Shown in pieces: positions 41,409-51,746 of a stretch of 64,000 bases of DNA. Position numbers and translations under genes: made by a program. Each line of letters opens with the position of its first letter. The first letter of the stretch is position 1. The notes under the pieces are model-generated. The model saw only the letters and a program-made list of their open reading frames with translations. It searched no databases and had not been told where the DNA came from. Origin of the DNA: an uncultured Arcobacter sp. (GTDB lineage Bacteria; Campylobacterota; Campylobacteria; Campylobacterales; Arcobacteraceae); contig OZ223300.1 in the NCBI GenBank assembly GCA_965140705.1, forward strand, positions 576,001-640,000. Direction: 5' to 3'.

Positions 41409-44231
41409 TTATGCTTTATAAATTTTTACAGCACATTTTTTATAATCTGTTTGTTTTGACATTGGACAAGTTGCATCCAAACAAACTTTATTTATAAATA
41501 CTTTTTCATCAAACCATGGAACAAAAACTAAACCTCTTGAAGGTCTATTTCTTCCTCTTGTTTCAACTCTAGCTTTTACTTTTCCTCTTCTTGATTCTAC
41601 CCATGCTAATTCACCTTGTTTTACACCATATTTTTTTGCATCAACTGGGTGCATATAACATAAAGCTTCTGGAACTGCTCTAAATAGTTCTGGAACTCTC
41701 ATAGTCATAGTTCCTGAATGCCAATGTTCTAGAACTCTTCCTGTACATAACCATACTGGATATTCTTCATTTGGCATTTCTGGTGCGTCCATATATGGTC
41801 TTGCAAATATTTTTGCTTTATTGATTAAAGGTTTTTTATTTTTATTTGTAATTCCATTTAAATCTCCAAATGGAAGTGCTTTTGCAATTTTTCCATAGAA
41901 GGCATGGGAATTATTAGTTCCTGCTTCTTTTACTGCATGGGCAGCATATGGATCATATTTAACATTAAATCGCCATTGTGTTTCTTTTCCATCTACAACT
42001 GGCCATTTAAGTCCTCTTACTTTATGATAAGTATCAAAATCAGCTAAATCATGACCATGACCTCTACCAAAACTAGCATACTCTTCAAATAGATATTTTT
42101 GAATAAAGAAACCATACCCACCAAATACTTTTCCGTCACTTCCTACAACATTTCTGTTATCTCCAAATACTTCAGAGTTATCGAAACCTGCTTGAATAGG
42201 ATCATCTAAATCAGCTTTGTAAGATTTCGCTTTGTCATTTGCAAATAAGATGTCATACATAGTAGTATTTTCATCATAACCCATTTTTTTAGCTTCTTCT
42301 ATTACATTTGGAAGTTTTTTCTTACCATTAGTACTTAGAAGTGGTTGTTCACCCCATAAATCTTTTACTGTAAATCTTTTTGATAGTTCAACCCATTGCC
42401 AAGTATCACTCATAGCATCACCTACTGGCAATACTTGTTGTCTCCAATGTTGAGTTCTTCTTTCAGCATTTCCATAGGCTCCCCATTTTTCATAAATCAT
42501 AGCAGATGGTAAAATCAAATCAGATACTTTTGCAGAAATACCAGGATACCCGTCACTTGTAACAATAAAGTTATCCATTTTTCTAGCTGCTTTTATCCAA
42601 TGCGAGGCACTTGCACTATCTTGGTAAGGATTACAAACATTAACCCAAGCAAATTTCATAAAACCATCTTCTAAGTCTCTATGAATTTTCATAATGTCTT
42701 GATGACCTTTTGGATTTAAAGTACCTTGAGGAATTCCCCAAACTTTTTCAGCAATACTTCTATGTTTTGGATTTGCTACCATCATATCAGCTGGTAATCT
42801 ATGTGCAAATGTTCCAACTTCTCTAGCTGTTCCACAGGCACTTGGTTGTCCTGTAAGTGAAAATGCTCCAGAACCTGGTTTTGCTTGTTTATTTAATAAA
42901 AAGTGTACATTATATGCTAAAGTATTTACCCATGAACCTCTTGTGTGTTGATTCATACCCATAGTCCAAAAAGATACAATTTTTCTGTTTTTTTCAATAT
43001 AAAGGTCAGCTAACTCTTTGATTTTCTTTTTAAAATCTTCATCTGACTCATCAGGATTACCTTTTGAAACTTGGGTAACATAATCAGCATTATATGGTTC
43101 TAAGAATTTTTTATACTCTTCAAAAGATATTTCCCAGTGTTTTAATCCAGCATTTTTATTAACCATCATATCACCCTCTTTATATCCATAAGGAGCAAGT
43201 GCTGGTGCTTCATCTTTTGATACAACTTTTTGCATCTCTTTAGAGATAGTTTCCATCTCTTTATCTGTATATTTTCCTTCAACAATTGATTTTTCATTAG
43301 ATTTTCTCATCCCATAACCCATGTTAACTGGGCTTGCTGCAAAGATAATATTATTTTTAACAAAATCCCAATCAATAGCTTCTGGATGATTATAAACTAT
43401 TTCTCTTGCTACATAGTTCCATAATGCTAAGTCAGAGTTTGGTTTAAAAATGATTTCAGTATCAGCTAAGTCTGATGTTCTATGTCTATAAGTAGTAAGA
43501 TTTATAACTTTAACTTTATCTGGATTTGATAGTTTTCTATCTGTAACTCTCGACCACAAAATAGGGTGCATTTCTGCCATATTTGAACCCCATGACACAA
43601 CAGTATCAGTTAATTCAATATCATCATAACAACCACTTGGTTCATCGATACCAAAAGTTTGATAAAATCCAACAACTGCACTTGCCATACAGTGTCTTGC
43701 ATTTGGGTCAATTGCATTTGATCTAAATCCAGCTTTCATCATTTTTTGAGCTGCATAACCTTCCATAACTGTATATTGACCACTTGCAAATACCCCAATT
43801 CCTTCAGGACCTTTCTCTTTTAGAGCTTTTTTCATATGAAATTCCATTTCATCAAATGCTCTTTCCCAAGAAATAGGTGTAAACTCACCATTTTTATCAA
43901 ATTCACCTTTTGAGTTAACTCTTAATAATGGTTGTTTTAATCTATCTGCACCATACATAATTTTTGCATTGAAGTAACCTTTAATACAATTAAGCCCTCT
44001 ATTTACAGGAGCTGCTGGATCTCCTTTTACTGCAACAATTTTGCCGCCTTTTGTTGCAAGCATAATCCCACAACCAGTACCACAAAATCTACAGGCTGCT
44101 TTATCCCATCTCCAGCCACCTTCAGCTTCATTTGCTTTTGCTTGAACAGAAGTTGGTATATTCATACCAATAGCTGCTGCTGCACTTGCTGCTGCTGAGC
44201 TTTTTAAGAATTCTCTTCTTGATAATGTCAT
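41409..44231 (-). CDS. napA: Periplasmic nitrate reductase catalytic subunit
   Basis: Tat [31 protein letters not shown] and TGRVLEHWH motifs. Confidence 0.97.
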   Translation of the reverse strand: MTLSRREFLKSSAAASAAAAIGMNIPTSVQAKANEAEGGWRWDKAACRFCGTGCGIMLATKGGKIVAVKGDPAAPVNRGLNCIKGYFNAKIMYGADRLKQPLLRVNSKGEFDKNGEFTPISWERAFDEMEFHMKKALKEKGPEGIGVFASGQYTVMEGYAAQKMMKAGFRSNAIDPNARHCMASAVVGFYQTFGIDEPSGCYDDIELTDTVVSWGSNMAEMHPILWSRVTDRKLSNPDKVKVINLTTYRHRTSDLADTEIIFKPNSDLALWNYVAREIVYNHPEAIDWDFVKNNIIFAASPVNMGYGMRKSNEKSIVEGKYTDKEMETISKEMQKVVSKDEAPALAPYGYKEGDMMVNKNAGLKHWEISFEEYKKFLEPYNADYVTQVSKGNPDESDEDFKKKIKELADLYIEKNRKIVSFWTMGMNQHTRGSWVNTLAYNVHFLLNKQAKPGSGAFSLTGQPSACGTAREVGTFAHRLPADMMVANPKHRSIAEKVWGIPQGTLNPKGHQDIMKIHRDLEDGFMKFAWVNVCNPYQDSASASHWIKAARKMDNFIVTSDGYPGISAKVSDLILPSAMIYEKWGAYGNAERRTQHWRQQVLPVGDAMSDTWQWVELSKRFTVKDLWGEQPLLSTNGKKKLPNVIEEAKKMGYDENTTMYDILFANDKAKSYKADLDDPIQAGFDNSEVFGDNRNVVGSDGKVFGGYGFFIQKYLFEEYASFGRGHGHDLADFDTYHKVRGLKWPVVDGKETQWRFNVKYDPYAAHAVKEAGTNNSHAFYGKIAKALPFGDLNGITNKNKKPLINKAKIFARPYMDAPEMPNEEYPVWLCTGRVLEHWHSGTMTMRVPELFRAVPEALCYMHPVDAKKYGVKQGELAWVESRRGKVKARVETRGRNRPSRGLVFVPWFDEKVFINKVCLDATCPMSKQTDYKKCAVKIYKA

Positions 44232-44273
44232 CTTATCTCCTTTAAAAAGTTTAAGTCATTTTTTAACTTCCTA

Positions 44274-44315
44274 ATTTTAACTGTTAAAAATGACATAATC
44301 CTTGACTTTAATCAA
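44274..44315 (-). promoter_or_regulatory. FNR/Dnr-type box with class II promoter spacing for napA
   Basis: Minus strand TTGAT-taaa-GTCAA (44315-44302), then 22 nt, then TAAAAT (44279-44274). Confidence 0.7.
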
Positions 44316-44414
44316 ATTTTGTAAGTTTTAATTAAGGAGTATTTTTATCCTATTACTTTGTGTTATATTTTGTTATAATAAATCAAAAATTTATAATATT
44401 ATTTTGGAGTTTAT

Positions 44415-45308
44415 ATGGATTTTCATACATTTATAAGAGCAGTTGGAACAGGGCCTAAATCAAATAGAGAATTAACGCAAGAAGAGATGAAAGATTGTAT
44501 TAGGCAAATACTTAATCAAGAAGTTTCAAGTGAAATCATAGTTGCCTTTTTATTAGGGTGGAGAGTAAGACTTGAAACAAATGCAGAACTAAAAGCTACA
44601 TTAGATGTATGTAATGAATATATCACAAAGGTAAATATACCAAACTCTATTGAACTTGGATTTCCTTATGATGGTAAAACAGATGGAACATATCTTTTCC
44701 CTCTTGTTGGAAAGTATTTAAAAAAGTTTGATTTGGATATTGTTATAAGTGGGGATTTGATGCAACCAGCTAAAAATGGTATTACAATAAAAGATATTGC
44801 CACAAATATAGAACTTGATGATAATATTCACTATTTTGATAGGGGTGAATTTCTACCAAAATTGAGTGCAATTACTAATTTAAGAAGAATATTAAAATTA
44901 AGAAGTGCATTTAATACGGTTGAAAAACTTCTTAATCCTGCAAATTCAAGATTTGCTTTAACTTCTGCTTATCATAAACCTTATGTGGAAAAGTATAGTG
45001 AAATATTTGCATCAAACTATGAAAAATTTGTTGTAGTAAAAGCAGCAGAGGGTAGACCTGAGATTTTTAATAAATCAAAAGCTTGGGTAAAAACTCAAAA
45101 TGGACTTGAAGAGCTTATTATAGACCCAGAATATTATGGAATAAATTATAATAAAACTTTTGAAAAGATTACTTTAAAAGAAGCAATAGAAGAGATTAAT
45201 AATCCAAGTGCAGATTTAGAAAAACTTGCAAAACTAAATGCAGCCTTACATCTATTTTGTGCAAACAAAGCAGATGATATAAATAGTGCTTATGAGATGT
45301 TAGATTAA
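44415..45308 (+). CDS. Glycosyltransferase family 3 / TrpD-like (YbiB-type) protein
   Basis: FIRAVGTGPK...LT, AFLLGWR..ET, PYDGK, R..LKLRS.FNT.EKLLNP and AYHKPY motifs. Confidence 0.7.
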   Translation: MDFHTFIRAVGTGPKSNRELTQEEMKDCIRQILNQEVSSEIIVAFLLGWRVRLETNAELKATLDVCNEYITKVNIPNSIELGFPYDGKTDGTYLFPLVGKYLKKFDLDIVISGDLMQPAKNGITIKDIATNIELDDNIHYFDRGEFLPKLSAITNLRRILKLRSAFNTVEKLLNPANSRFALTSAYHKPYVEKYSEIFASNYEKFVVVKAAEGRPEIFNKSKAWVKTQNGLEELIIDPEYYGINYNKTFEKITLKEAIEEINNPSADLEKLAKLNAALHLFCANKADDINSAYEMLD

Positions 45309-45865
45309 TGAGTAATTTCCCCATATCCCTAAACTTAGAAAATAAAAAGATTTTAGTAATTGGTGCTGGTAAAATAGCAACTAGTAAGGTAAAGAAATTG
45401 TTAGATTTTACAAATGAGATTACTGTACTTGCTCCTAATATAAGTGAAGAGTTAGAAAAACTTGATATTAAAACTTTGAAAAAAGAGTATGAAAGAGAAG
45501 ATATAGAAGGGTTTAATATAGTAATAGCTTGTATAGATGATATAAGTCTTCAAAAAGAGATTTATAAACATACAAGAGAAAAAAATATCTTATATAATTG
45601 TGCTGATGTTTTTGAATTATGTGATTTTACATTCTCTTCTATAATTAAAAAAGATGATTTAGTAATTTCCATTTCTACTTCTGGAACATCACCTGCTTTT
45701 TCTAAGGATTTAAGAAAATATTTAGATAAGATTATTCCAAATAGTGTTGGGAATTTCTTAAAAGAGATGAAAAAATTAAGAGATACTTTGCCTAAAGGTG
45801 AAAAGAGAATGGAAATGTCAAGAAAAAAAAGTAAAGAGTTTTTATCCTCTTTGAAAAAAAATTAA
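45308..45865 (+). CDS. Precorrin-2 dehydrogenase / sirohydrochlorin ferrochelatase (CysG N-terminal type)
   Basis: FPI.L.L, VIGAGKIA, NCAD...CDF and ISTSGTSP motifs. Confidence 0.85.
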   Translation: MSNFPISLNLENKKILVIGAGKIATSKVKKLLDFTNEITVLAPNISEELEKLDIKTLKKEYEREDIEGFNIVIACIDDISLQKEIYKHTREKNILYNCADVFELCDFTFSSIIKKDDLVISISTSGTSPAFSKDLRKYLDKIIPNSVGNFLKEMKKLRDTLPKGEKRMEMSRKKSKEFLSSLKKN

Positions 45866-46593
45866 TCAAACCACTTTAATTGTTCTCTTAAGTTTACAAC
45901 TTTTCCAACAATTATGATTGCAGGTGCTTCTAGACCTTTAGATTTTTCAACAATATTTTCTAAAGTTCCAGTTACTACTTTTTGCTCTTTTGTTGTTCCT
46001 TTTGAAATAACAGCACATGGGTAGTCTTTATCTTTTCCAAGACTTATTAGTTTTGAACTAATTAAACCAATATTATGTAAACCCATCAAAAAAACAATTG
46101 TTTCATCATTTAAAAAGGTTTGCCACTCTATTTGAGAAATTTTCTTATTTGGTGTTTCATGTCCTGTTACTACTCTAAATGAAGTAGTGATTCCCCTATG
46201 AGTTACAGGAATTCCAGCATATGATGCAACGGCAACAGAGGAACTAATTCCTGGAATTATTTCAAATTTTATATCTCTTTCAAATAAGTAAATCGCTTCT
46301 TCTCCTCCTCTGCCAAATACAAAAGGATCTCCACCTTTTAATCTAACCACATTTTCATATTCTTGTGAAGCCTGAAAAAGTATTTCATTTATTTCTTCTT
46401 GGGGAACAGTATGTTTTTTGTTCTCTTTTCCAACATATTTTAAAATAACATCTTTTTTTGCATAATCTAATATCTCTTTATTTACTAATCTATCATAAAC
46501 TATGATATCTGCATTTTTTATTGCATTTATAGCTTTTAATGTTAATAATTCAGGATCGCCAGGACCTGCACCAGTTAAATAAACTTTACTCAC
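45862..46593 (-). CDS. cobA: Uroporphyrinogen-III C-methyltransferase
   Basis: GAGPGDPELLT, RLKGGDPFVFGRGGEE and GIPVTHRG motifs. Confidence 0.93.
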   Translation of the reverse strand: MSKVYLTGAGPGDPELLTLKAINAIKNADIIVYDRLVNKEILDYAKKDVILKYVGKENKKHTVPQEEINEILFQASQEYENVVRLKGGDPFVFGRGGEEAIYLFERDIKFEIIPGISSSVAVASYAGIPVTHRGITTSFRVVTGHETPNKKISQIEWQTFLNDETIVFLMGLHNIGLISSKLISLGKDKDYPCAVISKGTTKEQKVVTGTLENIVEKSKGLEAPAIIIVGKVVNLREQLKWFD

Positions 46594-46610
46594 ATATTGC
46601 CTTTTATTAT

Positions 46611-47612
46611 TTATATTTTTGTTTTACGACCAATAACTAAACTATTTAATTCATTTCTTAATTCTTGAAGTTTTTTTGTTGAATTCATCAAATCTTCTGT
46701 TGATTGAATAATCATATCTTCACTTTTATTTATAGATTTATTTATTTCAGAAGAGCTTTCAAGTTCATCCAAAATTTTATCAAATTCATCTGTTATTTCT
46801 TCAAGTTTTGAACTAGCATTTTTTGAATGTTCCATTGCTACAGCTGACTCATTCATGGCTGAGTTTATTTTATTTATAAAGCAGTTAAAAGTATCTGTTA
46901 CTTCTAATATCTCTTTTTCATTTGCATCAATAGATATGGGTTTTAATTGCTCATTTTCTTCAGTAGCTATTTTTTTTGAAAATTCTAAGAATTTATTGGC
47001 ATTTTCTTCGATACTTTTTAATTGAGTAAAACTATATATAATTAGTATAATGATTAAAAAAGCTGCCGCATATTGAAAGTTCTTGATTAAAATAGTTTTA
47101 TTTTCCGTATAAATAGTATACATACTAACTAAATTATCAACTTCTTGTAATAAATTATTATTAGTATTATAAATAGCTTCAACAGCAGAATTTAAAAGTT
47201 TTAAACTAGGTTCATCAGTTTTTACTTGTAATTTTTTGAACTCTTCTATATTGTGAAAAAACTCTTTCCATAAAATCTCTACTTTATATACTTGTTGTCC
47301 AATATTGTCATTTGGAACAGCTGGTATTCCTAATAGTTTATTTCCATTTTTTAAAGATTGTAAGTTTTGAATAAACTCTTCTGTTGCACTATTTAACTCA
47401 AAAAAGTCAGTTTTCTTTGTATAAAAAAGGTAAAAAATATTTTTTGATATTTTTTGAGTAAGCATTCGCTCTTTCCCTACTATATTGATAACTAAAGCAT
47501 CTTTTTTATTTTTATCATTTAAATAAACAGTAGTAAAAATTATCATTGCCATTAAGAATATAAATAAAGCACCTATTAATTTTATTTTTGTACTTATTTT
47601 ATTTGTTTTCAA
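46611..47612 (-). CDS. Membrane protein with NarX/PilJ-type periplasmic sensor domain, HAMP-like segment and coiled coil
   Basis: TM1, P-box-like DALVINIVGKERMLTQK, TM2; no H-box, ATPase or MCP hairpin visible. Confidence 0.75.
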   Translation of the reverse strand: MKTNKISTKIKLIGALFIFLMAMIIFTTVYLNDKNKKDALVINIVGKERMLTQKISKNIFYLFYTKKTDFFELNSATEEFIQNLQSLKNGNKLLGIPAVPNDNIGQQVYKVEILWKEFFHNIEEFKKLQVKTDEPSLKLLNSAVEAIYNTNNNLLQEVDNLVSMYTIYTENKTILIKNFQYAAAFLIIILIIYSFTQLKSIEENANKFLEFSKKIATEENEQLKPISIDANEKEILEVTDTFNCFINKINSAMNESAVAMEHSKNASSKLEEITDEFDKILDELESSSEINKSINKSEDMIIQSTEDLMNSTKKLQELRNELNSLVIGRKTKI

Positions 47613-48274
47613 ATTCCAACTCCTCTGAAGGTTGATTCTAGTTGTTCTTTATTTAGAACTATAACTTCACTTTTTTCAATAGTAATAGAGCCATTTCTTG
47701 TAAGTTTTTTTAAAACCCTAGAAAGGGTTTCTGGCTGAATATGTAACATAAAAGAGACCTCTTGTCTTTTTAATTTATTAAACATGGCAAGATCATTATA
47801 AATCATAAATGCAACTTTTGCTGTTGAATCAAAAACTAATTCCCGATTTACGATACATTGCAATTGATGGGTTTTTTCTAAAAGGGTTTCAATCAATTTT
47901 ATTGATAAAATATTTTTAGATAAAAACATCTCTTTAAATTTTTCAAAATTTATTGATAATACAATAGAATCTTCCACAAACTCAGCATTTGAAAAACAGT
48001 AAATACTACTGTTATTTACAGAAGTTAATTCAGAAATCATTGAATTTTTGTAAATGTGATATAAAAATATTTCATTTTCAAATTTATCATACTTATATAT
48101 TTTTATAAGACCATCAACTAAGAAAAGAATATTTTCTTTTATCTCATCTTCATAATAAAGTATTGAATTTTTAGGATAAGTAATTAAATTAGATATAGTA
48201 GATAATTCTTCAATTTCTTTTTCTTTTAATTCGGAAAAAAAATCTAATTGAGAAATACTCTTTAATTTGTCCAC
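47609..48274 (-). CDS. Crp/Fnr-family transcriptional regulator
   Basis: cNMP-binding-fold N-domain and C-terminal HTH with PETLSR; no N-terminal FNR Cys cluster. Confidence 0.88.
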   Translation of the reverse strand: MDKLKSISQLDFFSELKEKEIEELSTISNLITYPKNSILYYEDEIKENILFLVDGLIKIYKYDKFENEIFLYHIYKNSMISELTSVNNSSIYCFSNAEFVEDSIVLSINFEKFKEMFLSKNILSIKLIETLLEKTHQLQCIVNRELVFDSTAKVAFMIYNDLAMFNKLKRQEVSFMLHIQPETLSRVLKKLTRNGSITIEKSEVIVLNKEQLESTFRGVGI

Positions 48275-48371
48275 TAAGTTCCTTATTTCCTTTTTATTTA
48301 AGGGATTTTATAATAAGCTAACGAAATTTAATATTAAGTGCCATTTTTTTTAGGTACGTTGAGGTGTGTGA

Positions 48372-49334
48372 ATGTTAAAAGATGGACATGGTAGAGTAGT
48401 TGATTATTTAAGAGTATCAGTAACTGAAAGATGTAATTTTAGATGTCAATATTGTATGCCAGAAAAACCATTTTCATGGGTTCCTAAAGAGGAACTTTTA
48501 TCATATGAAGAATTATTTGAATTTATAAAAGTATGTATTGATGGTGGAGTTAAAAAAGTAAGAATTACAGGTGGAGAACCTCTTTTAAGAGATGGTTTAG
48601 ATAACTTTATAAGAATGATATCTGAGTATAAGAATGATATTGATTTAGCTTTAACTACAAATGGATATTTACTTCCTAAAGCTGCACAAAAATTAGCAGA
48701 TGCAGGATTAAAAAGATTAAATATATCTTTAGATAGTTTAAAACCAGAAGTTGCACAAAAAGTTGCACAAAAAGATATATTAAAAACAGTTCTAAAAGGA
48801 ATTGAAGCAGCTGATAAAGCAGGCTTGAAAATAAAAATTAATACAGTTCCAATGCAAGGTATAAACGATAGTGAACTTTGTGATATCATAGAATTTTGTA
48901 AAACAAGAGGTTATGCTGTTAGATTTATTGAATTTATGGAAAATGATCATGCTAAATTTGATGCTAAAGGGTATAACTCTACTCAAATTCAAAATATATT
49001 AAAAGCTAAATATAAATTTGAAAAGCAAGAGAGAAATGGCACTTCTCCTTCTCAAAACTATATTATGGATGATGGTTATGTTTTTGGAATAATAGAACCT
49101 CATAAAGATGATTTTTGTGCAAATTGTAATCGTATTAGACTTACTGCAAGTGGTGTTTTAATACCTTGTTTATATTTTGAAGATTCACAAAGTATAAAAG
49201 AGGCAATTAAAAATAAAGATATAGAGAAAGCAACGGCAATTCTAAAAGATGTATTGTTAAACAAACCAGAAAAAAATAAGTGGTCAGAAAATTCAGAAAT
49301 CTCAACACGAGCTTTTTATGAAACTGGTGGATGA
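48372..49334 (+). CDS. moaA: GTP 3',8-cyclase
   Basis: [19 protein letters not shown]...PCL and C-terminal GG. Confidence 0.96.
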   Translation: MLKDGHGRVVDYLRVSVTERCNFRCQYCMPEKPFSWVPKEELLSYEELFEFIKVCIDGGVKKVRITGGEPLLRDGLDNFIRMISEYKNDIDLALTTNGYLLPKAAQKLADAGLKRLNISLDSLKPEVAQKVAQKDILKTVLKGIEAADKAGLKIKINTVPMQGINDSELCDIIEFCKTRGYAVRFIEFMENDHAKFDAKGYNSTQIQNILKAKYKFEKQERNGTSPSQNYIMDDGYVFGIIEPHKDDFCANCNRIRLTASGVLIPCLYFEDSQSIKEAIKNKDIEKATAILKDVLLNKPEKNKWSENSEISTRAFYETGG

Positions 49335-49370
49335 TAAATCTATTCTTCAATTCTTTATATTAAATAAAAA

Positions 49371-49404
49371 AGTAAATAATAAATAATATTATTTATTATT
49401 TACT
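49371..49404. repeat. Perfect 34-bp palindrome
   Basis: AGTAAATAATAAATAAT|ATTATTTATTATTTACT. Confidence 0.85.
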
Positions 49405-49476
49405 ATCTTTTTCTCTTCTAATTATTTTCAAATAATACTATCATTAATAATAACTATATTTTAAAAAGGAGTTATT

Positions 49477-50517
49477 ATGATAATAGAATCTTCAAAAGTT
49501 GAAATGAGCTCAGAAACTATGAGTTCTTATGAGATGGTAAGTCAGTCAAAAGTAGACTTTAGAACTGAGTTATTAGGTCTTTTAGATGTAAATGAAAAGA
49601 CTCAAAGCCTTGAATCAAATGGCTTTAAAGAGGTCGATGGTACAAAAGAAGTAGAAGAAACACAATCTTTTGTAAATCCCTATGAAGATATTACAAGAAT
49701 GATATTAGAAATGATTCTTCAAACATTTTTAGGCGGAAATAAAAAAGTTGATTTTAAAAGTTTAAATGACTTAAAATGTAAAAATACGGGTTCTTCAGAG
49801 CCAACAAATCCTACATCAGGTATACCAAAGATGTTGATGAAAAGAACAGTATCAATAGAAACTACACATGAATATTATAGAAGTGATTCTATATCTTTTA
49901 ATTCACAAGCCACAATTAAAACTAAAGACAAAGATATAAATATTGATTTAGATTTATCTTATTCAAGAGAGTTTTATGAAAAACATAGTGAAACATTAAA
50001 ATTTGAAGAGACACATTTTATGGATCCTTTAGTTATTCAATATGATTGTGAGTCTACTGCTTTTGATAATATAAGTGATAAAATGTGTTTTAATTTTGAT
50101 ATTAATAGTGATGGAGATGAAAAAGAATTGCCTCTTTTAAAAGATGGAAATGGATTTTTAGTTCTTGACAAAGATGAAAGTGGAACAATTGATAATGGAA
50201 CTGAATTATTTGGACCTTCTTCAAATGATGGTTTTGGGGAGTTAAGCGAGTATGATAGTGATGGGAATAATTGGATTGATGAAAATGACCCAATCTTTGA
50301 TAAGTTGCAAATCTGGACTAAAAATGAAAGTGGAGAAGATAAACTAATTGCCTTGGGACAAACAGGAATAGGGGCTATATATTTAAATGATGCAAAAGCA
50401 GGAATGGCATATAACAAATCAGTAAATGAAAGTCTAGCATACTTAAAATCTAACTCAATATTTTTAAGAGAAGATGGAACTGCTGGAATTATATCTTCAA
50501 TGGATTTTAAATCATAA
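49477..50517 (+). CDS. Acidic protein with C-terminal FrpC-like Asp-Pro self-processing, Ca-binding module
   Basis: AAGGAG RBS; DPLV at residues 183-186; GFLVLDKDESGTIDNGTELFG and YDSDGNNWIDENDPIFDKLQIW. Confidence 0.7.
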   Translation: MIIESSKVEMSSETMSSYEMVSQSKVDFRTELLGLLDVNEKTQSLESNGFKEVDGTKEVEETQSFVNPYEDITRMILEMILQTFLGGNKKVDFKSLNDLKCKNTGSSEPTNPTSGIPKMLMKRTVSIETTHEYYRSDSISFNSQATIKTKDKDINIDLDLSYSREFYEKHSETLKFEETHFMDPLVIQYDCESTAFDNISDKMCFNFDINSDGDEKELPLLKDGNGFLVLDKDESGTIDNGTELFGPSSNDGFGELSEYDSDGNNWIDENDPIFDKLQIWTKNESGEDKLIALGQTGIGAIYLNDAKAGMAYNKSVNESLAYLKSNSIFLREDGTAGIISSMDFKS

Positions 50518-50535
50518 AAAGAGCTTTTGCTCTTT

Positions 50536-51321
50536 TTATACTTCTTGAATAAAATACCTATTATTTGATGAATTAATTTTCAATCTTAAACCAAAAGTAT
50601 CAGAGATATTTTCTGAAGTTAAAATATCTTCTTTTTTACCTTTTTTAAATATTGTTTCATCTTTAATTAAAGCCACATGGGTAATCTCTTCAAAAATTTC
50701 CTCAAGATGATGTGTTACTAAAATAATATTTGCTTTTTGACTTAGTTTTCTTAAAAGTTTTATAAAATTTAATTGGGCTTTTATATCAAGTCCAACTGTT
50801 GGCTCATCTAAAATAAAAGCCTTTGGTTCATGAATTAATGCCCTCCCAATGATACATTTTCGAAGTTGTCCTGTACTCATTTTTGCTACTATTTTATCTT
50901 TTAAATCAGTGATTTCAAGATATTCTAAAATCTCATTTGCTTTGTCGTGTTGTTCTTGAGTGAAATCTTGATGTTCAAATATTCCAATTGAACTATAATA
51001 TCCACTAAGTACAACTTCATAAGCAGTCAAAAAATTTCCTTGGTCATAAAAATAGTTGTGTAAATCATTTGTTATTATTCCCATAGCTTTTCTTAAGTCA
51101 AATAGGGAGTATCTCTCTTTCCCTAAAATTAACTTTTTATGGGGATAATTTTGTCTTGGATGAATTTGAGAAGAGATTAATTTTATAAGTGTAGATTTTC
51201 CACTACCATTTGCTCCCAAAATTGCCCAATGTTGATTATCTTCTATTTTTAAATTGAGTTCTTTTAATATAAGTTTATCGTCATAACTCACGTGTATATT
51301 TTCAAAATCTATAATATTCAT
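50536..51321 (-). CDS. ABC ATP-binding protein (ModF-like)
   Basis: HWAILGANGSGKS, MSTGQ and ILDEP motifs. Confidence 0.8.
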   Translation of the reverse strand: MNIIDFENIHVSYDDKLILKELNLKIEDNQHWAILGANGSGKSTLIKLISSQIHPRQNYPHKKLILGKERYSLFDLRKAMGIITNDLHNYFYDQGNFLTAYEVVLSGYYSSIGIFEHQDFTQEQHDKANEILEYLEITDLKDKIVAKMSTGQLRKCIIGRALIHEPKAFILDEPTVGLDIKAQLNFIKLLRKLSQKANIILVTHHLEEIFEEITHVALIKDETIFKKGKKEDILTSENISDTFGLRLKINSSNNRYFIQEV

Positions 51322-51454
51322 AATTAAAACCTTTCTAAAATTTGTATTTTAGCCAAATAAATATAATTATTAAACAAGATTTAAATATAAGTTAACTATA
51401 ATTCGCGTCCATTTCAATTGAAGTGAGATTAGTATACCTATTAGGAGGTCTTCT

Positions 51455-51727
51455 ATGGCTTTAGATCAGGAAGTAAAAAACAGTATTATCGAAAAATACA
51501 GAAGAGATGAAAAAGATACAGGTTCTTGTGAAGTTCAAGTTGCAATTTTAACTGAACAAATCAGAGTTTTAACTGAACACTTAAAAATCAATAAAAAAGA
51601 TCACTCATCAAGATTAGGTCTTTTAAAAATGGTTGGAAAAAGAAAAAGATTACTAAAATATCTTAAAAATACTGAGTATGCTAGATTTGTTGAATTAGTT
51701 GCAAATTTAGGAATCAGAGCTAAGTAA
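51455..51727 (+). CDS. rpsO: 30S ribosomal protein S15
   Basis: DTGS.EVQVA.LT and KDHSSRLGL motifs. Confidence 0.97.
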   Translation: MALDQEVKNSIIEKYRRDEKDTGSCEVQVAILTEQIRVLTEHLKINKKDHSSRLGLLKMVGKRKRLLKYLKNTEYARFVELVANLGIRAK

Positions 51728-51746
51728 TTTTATTTACTTAAGTTTG

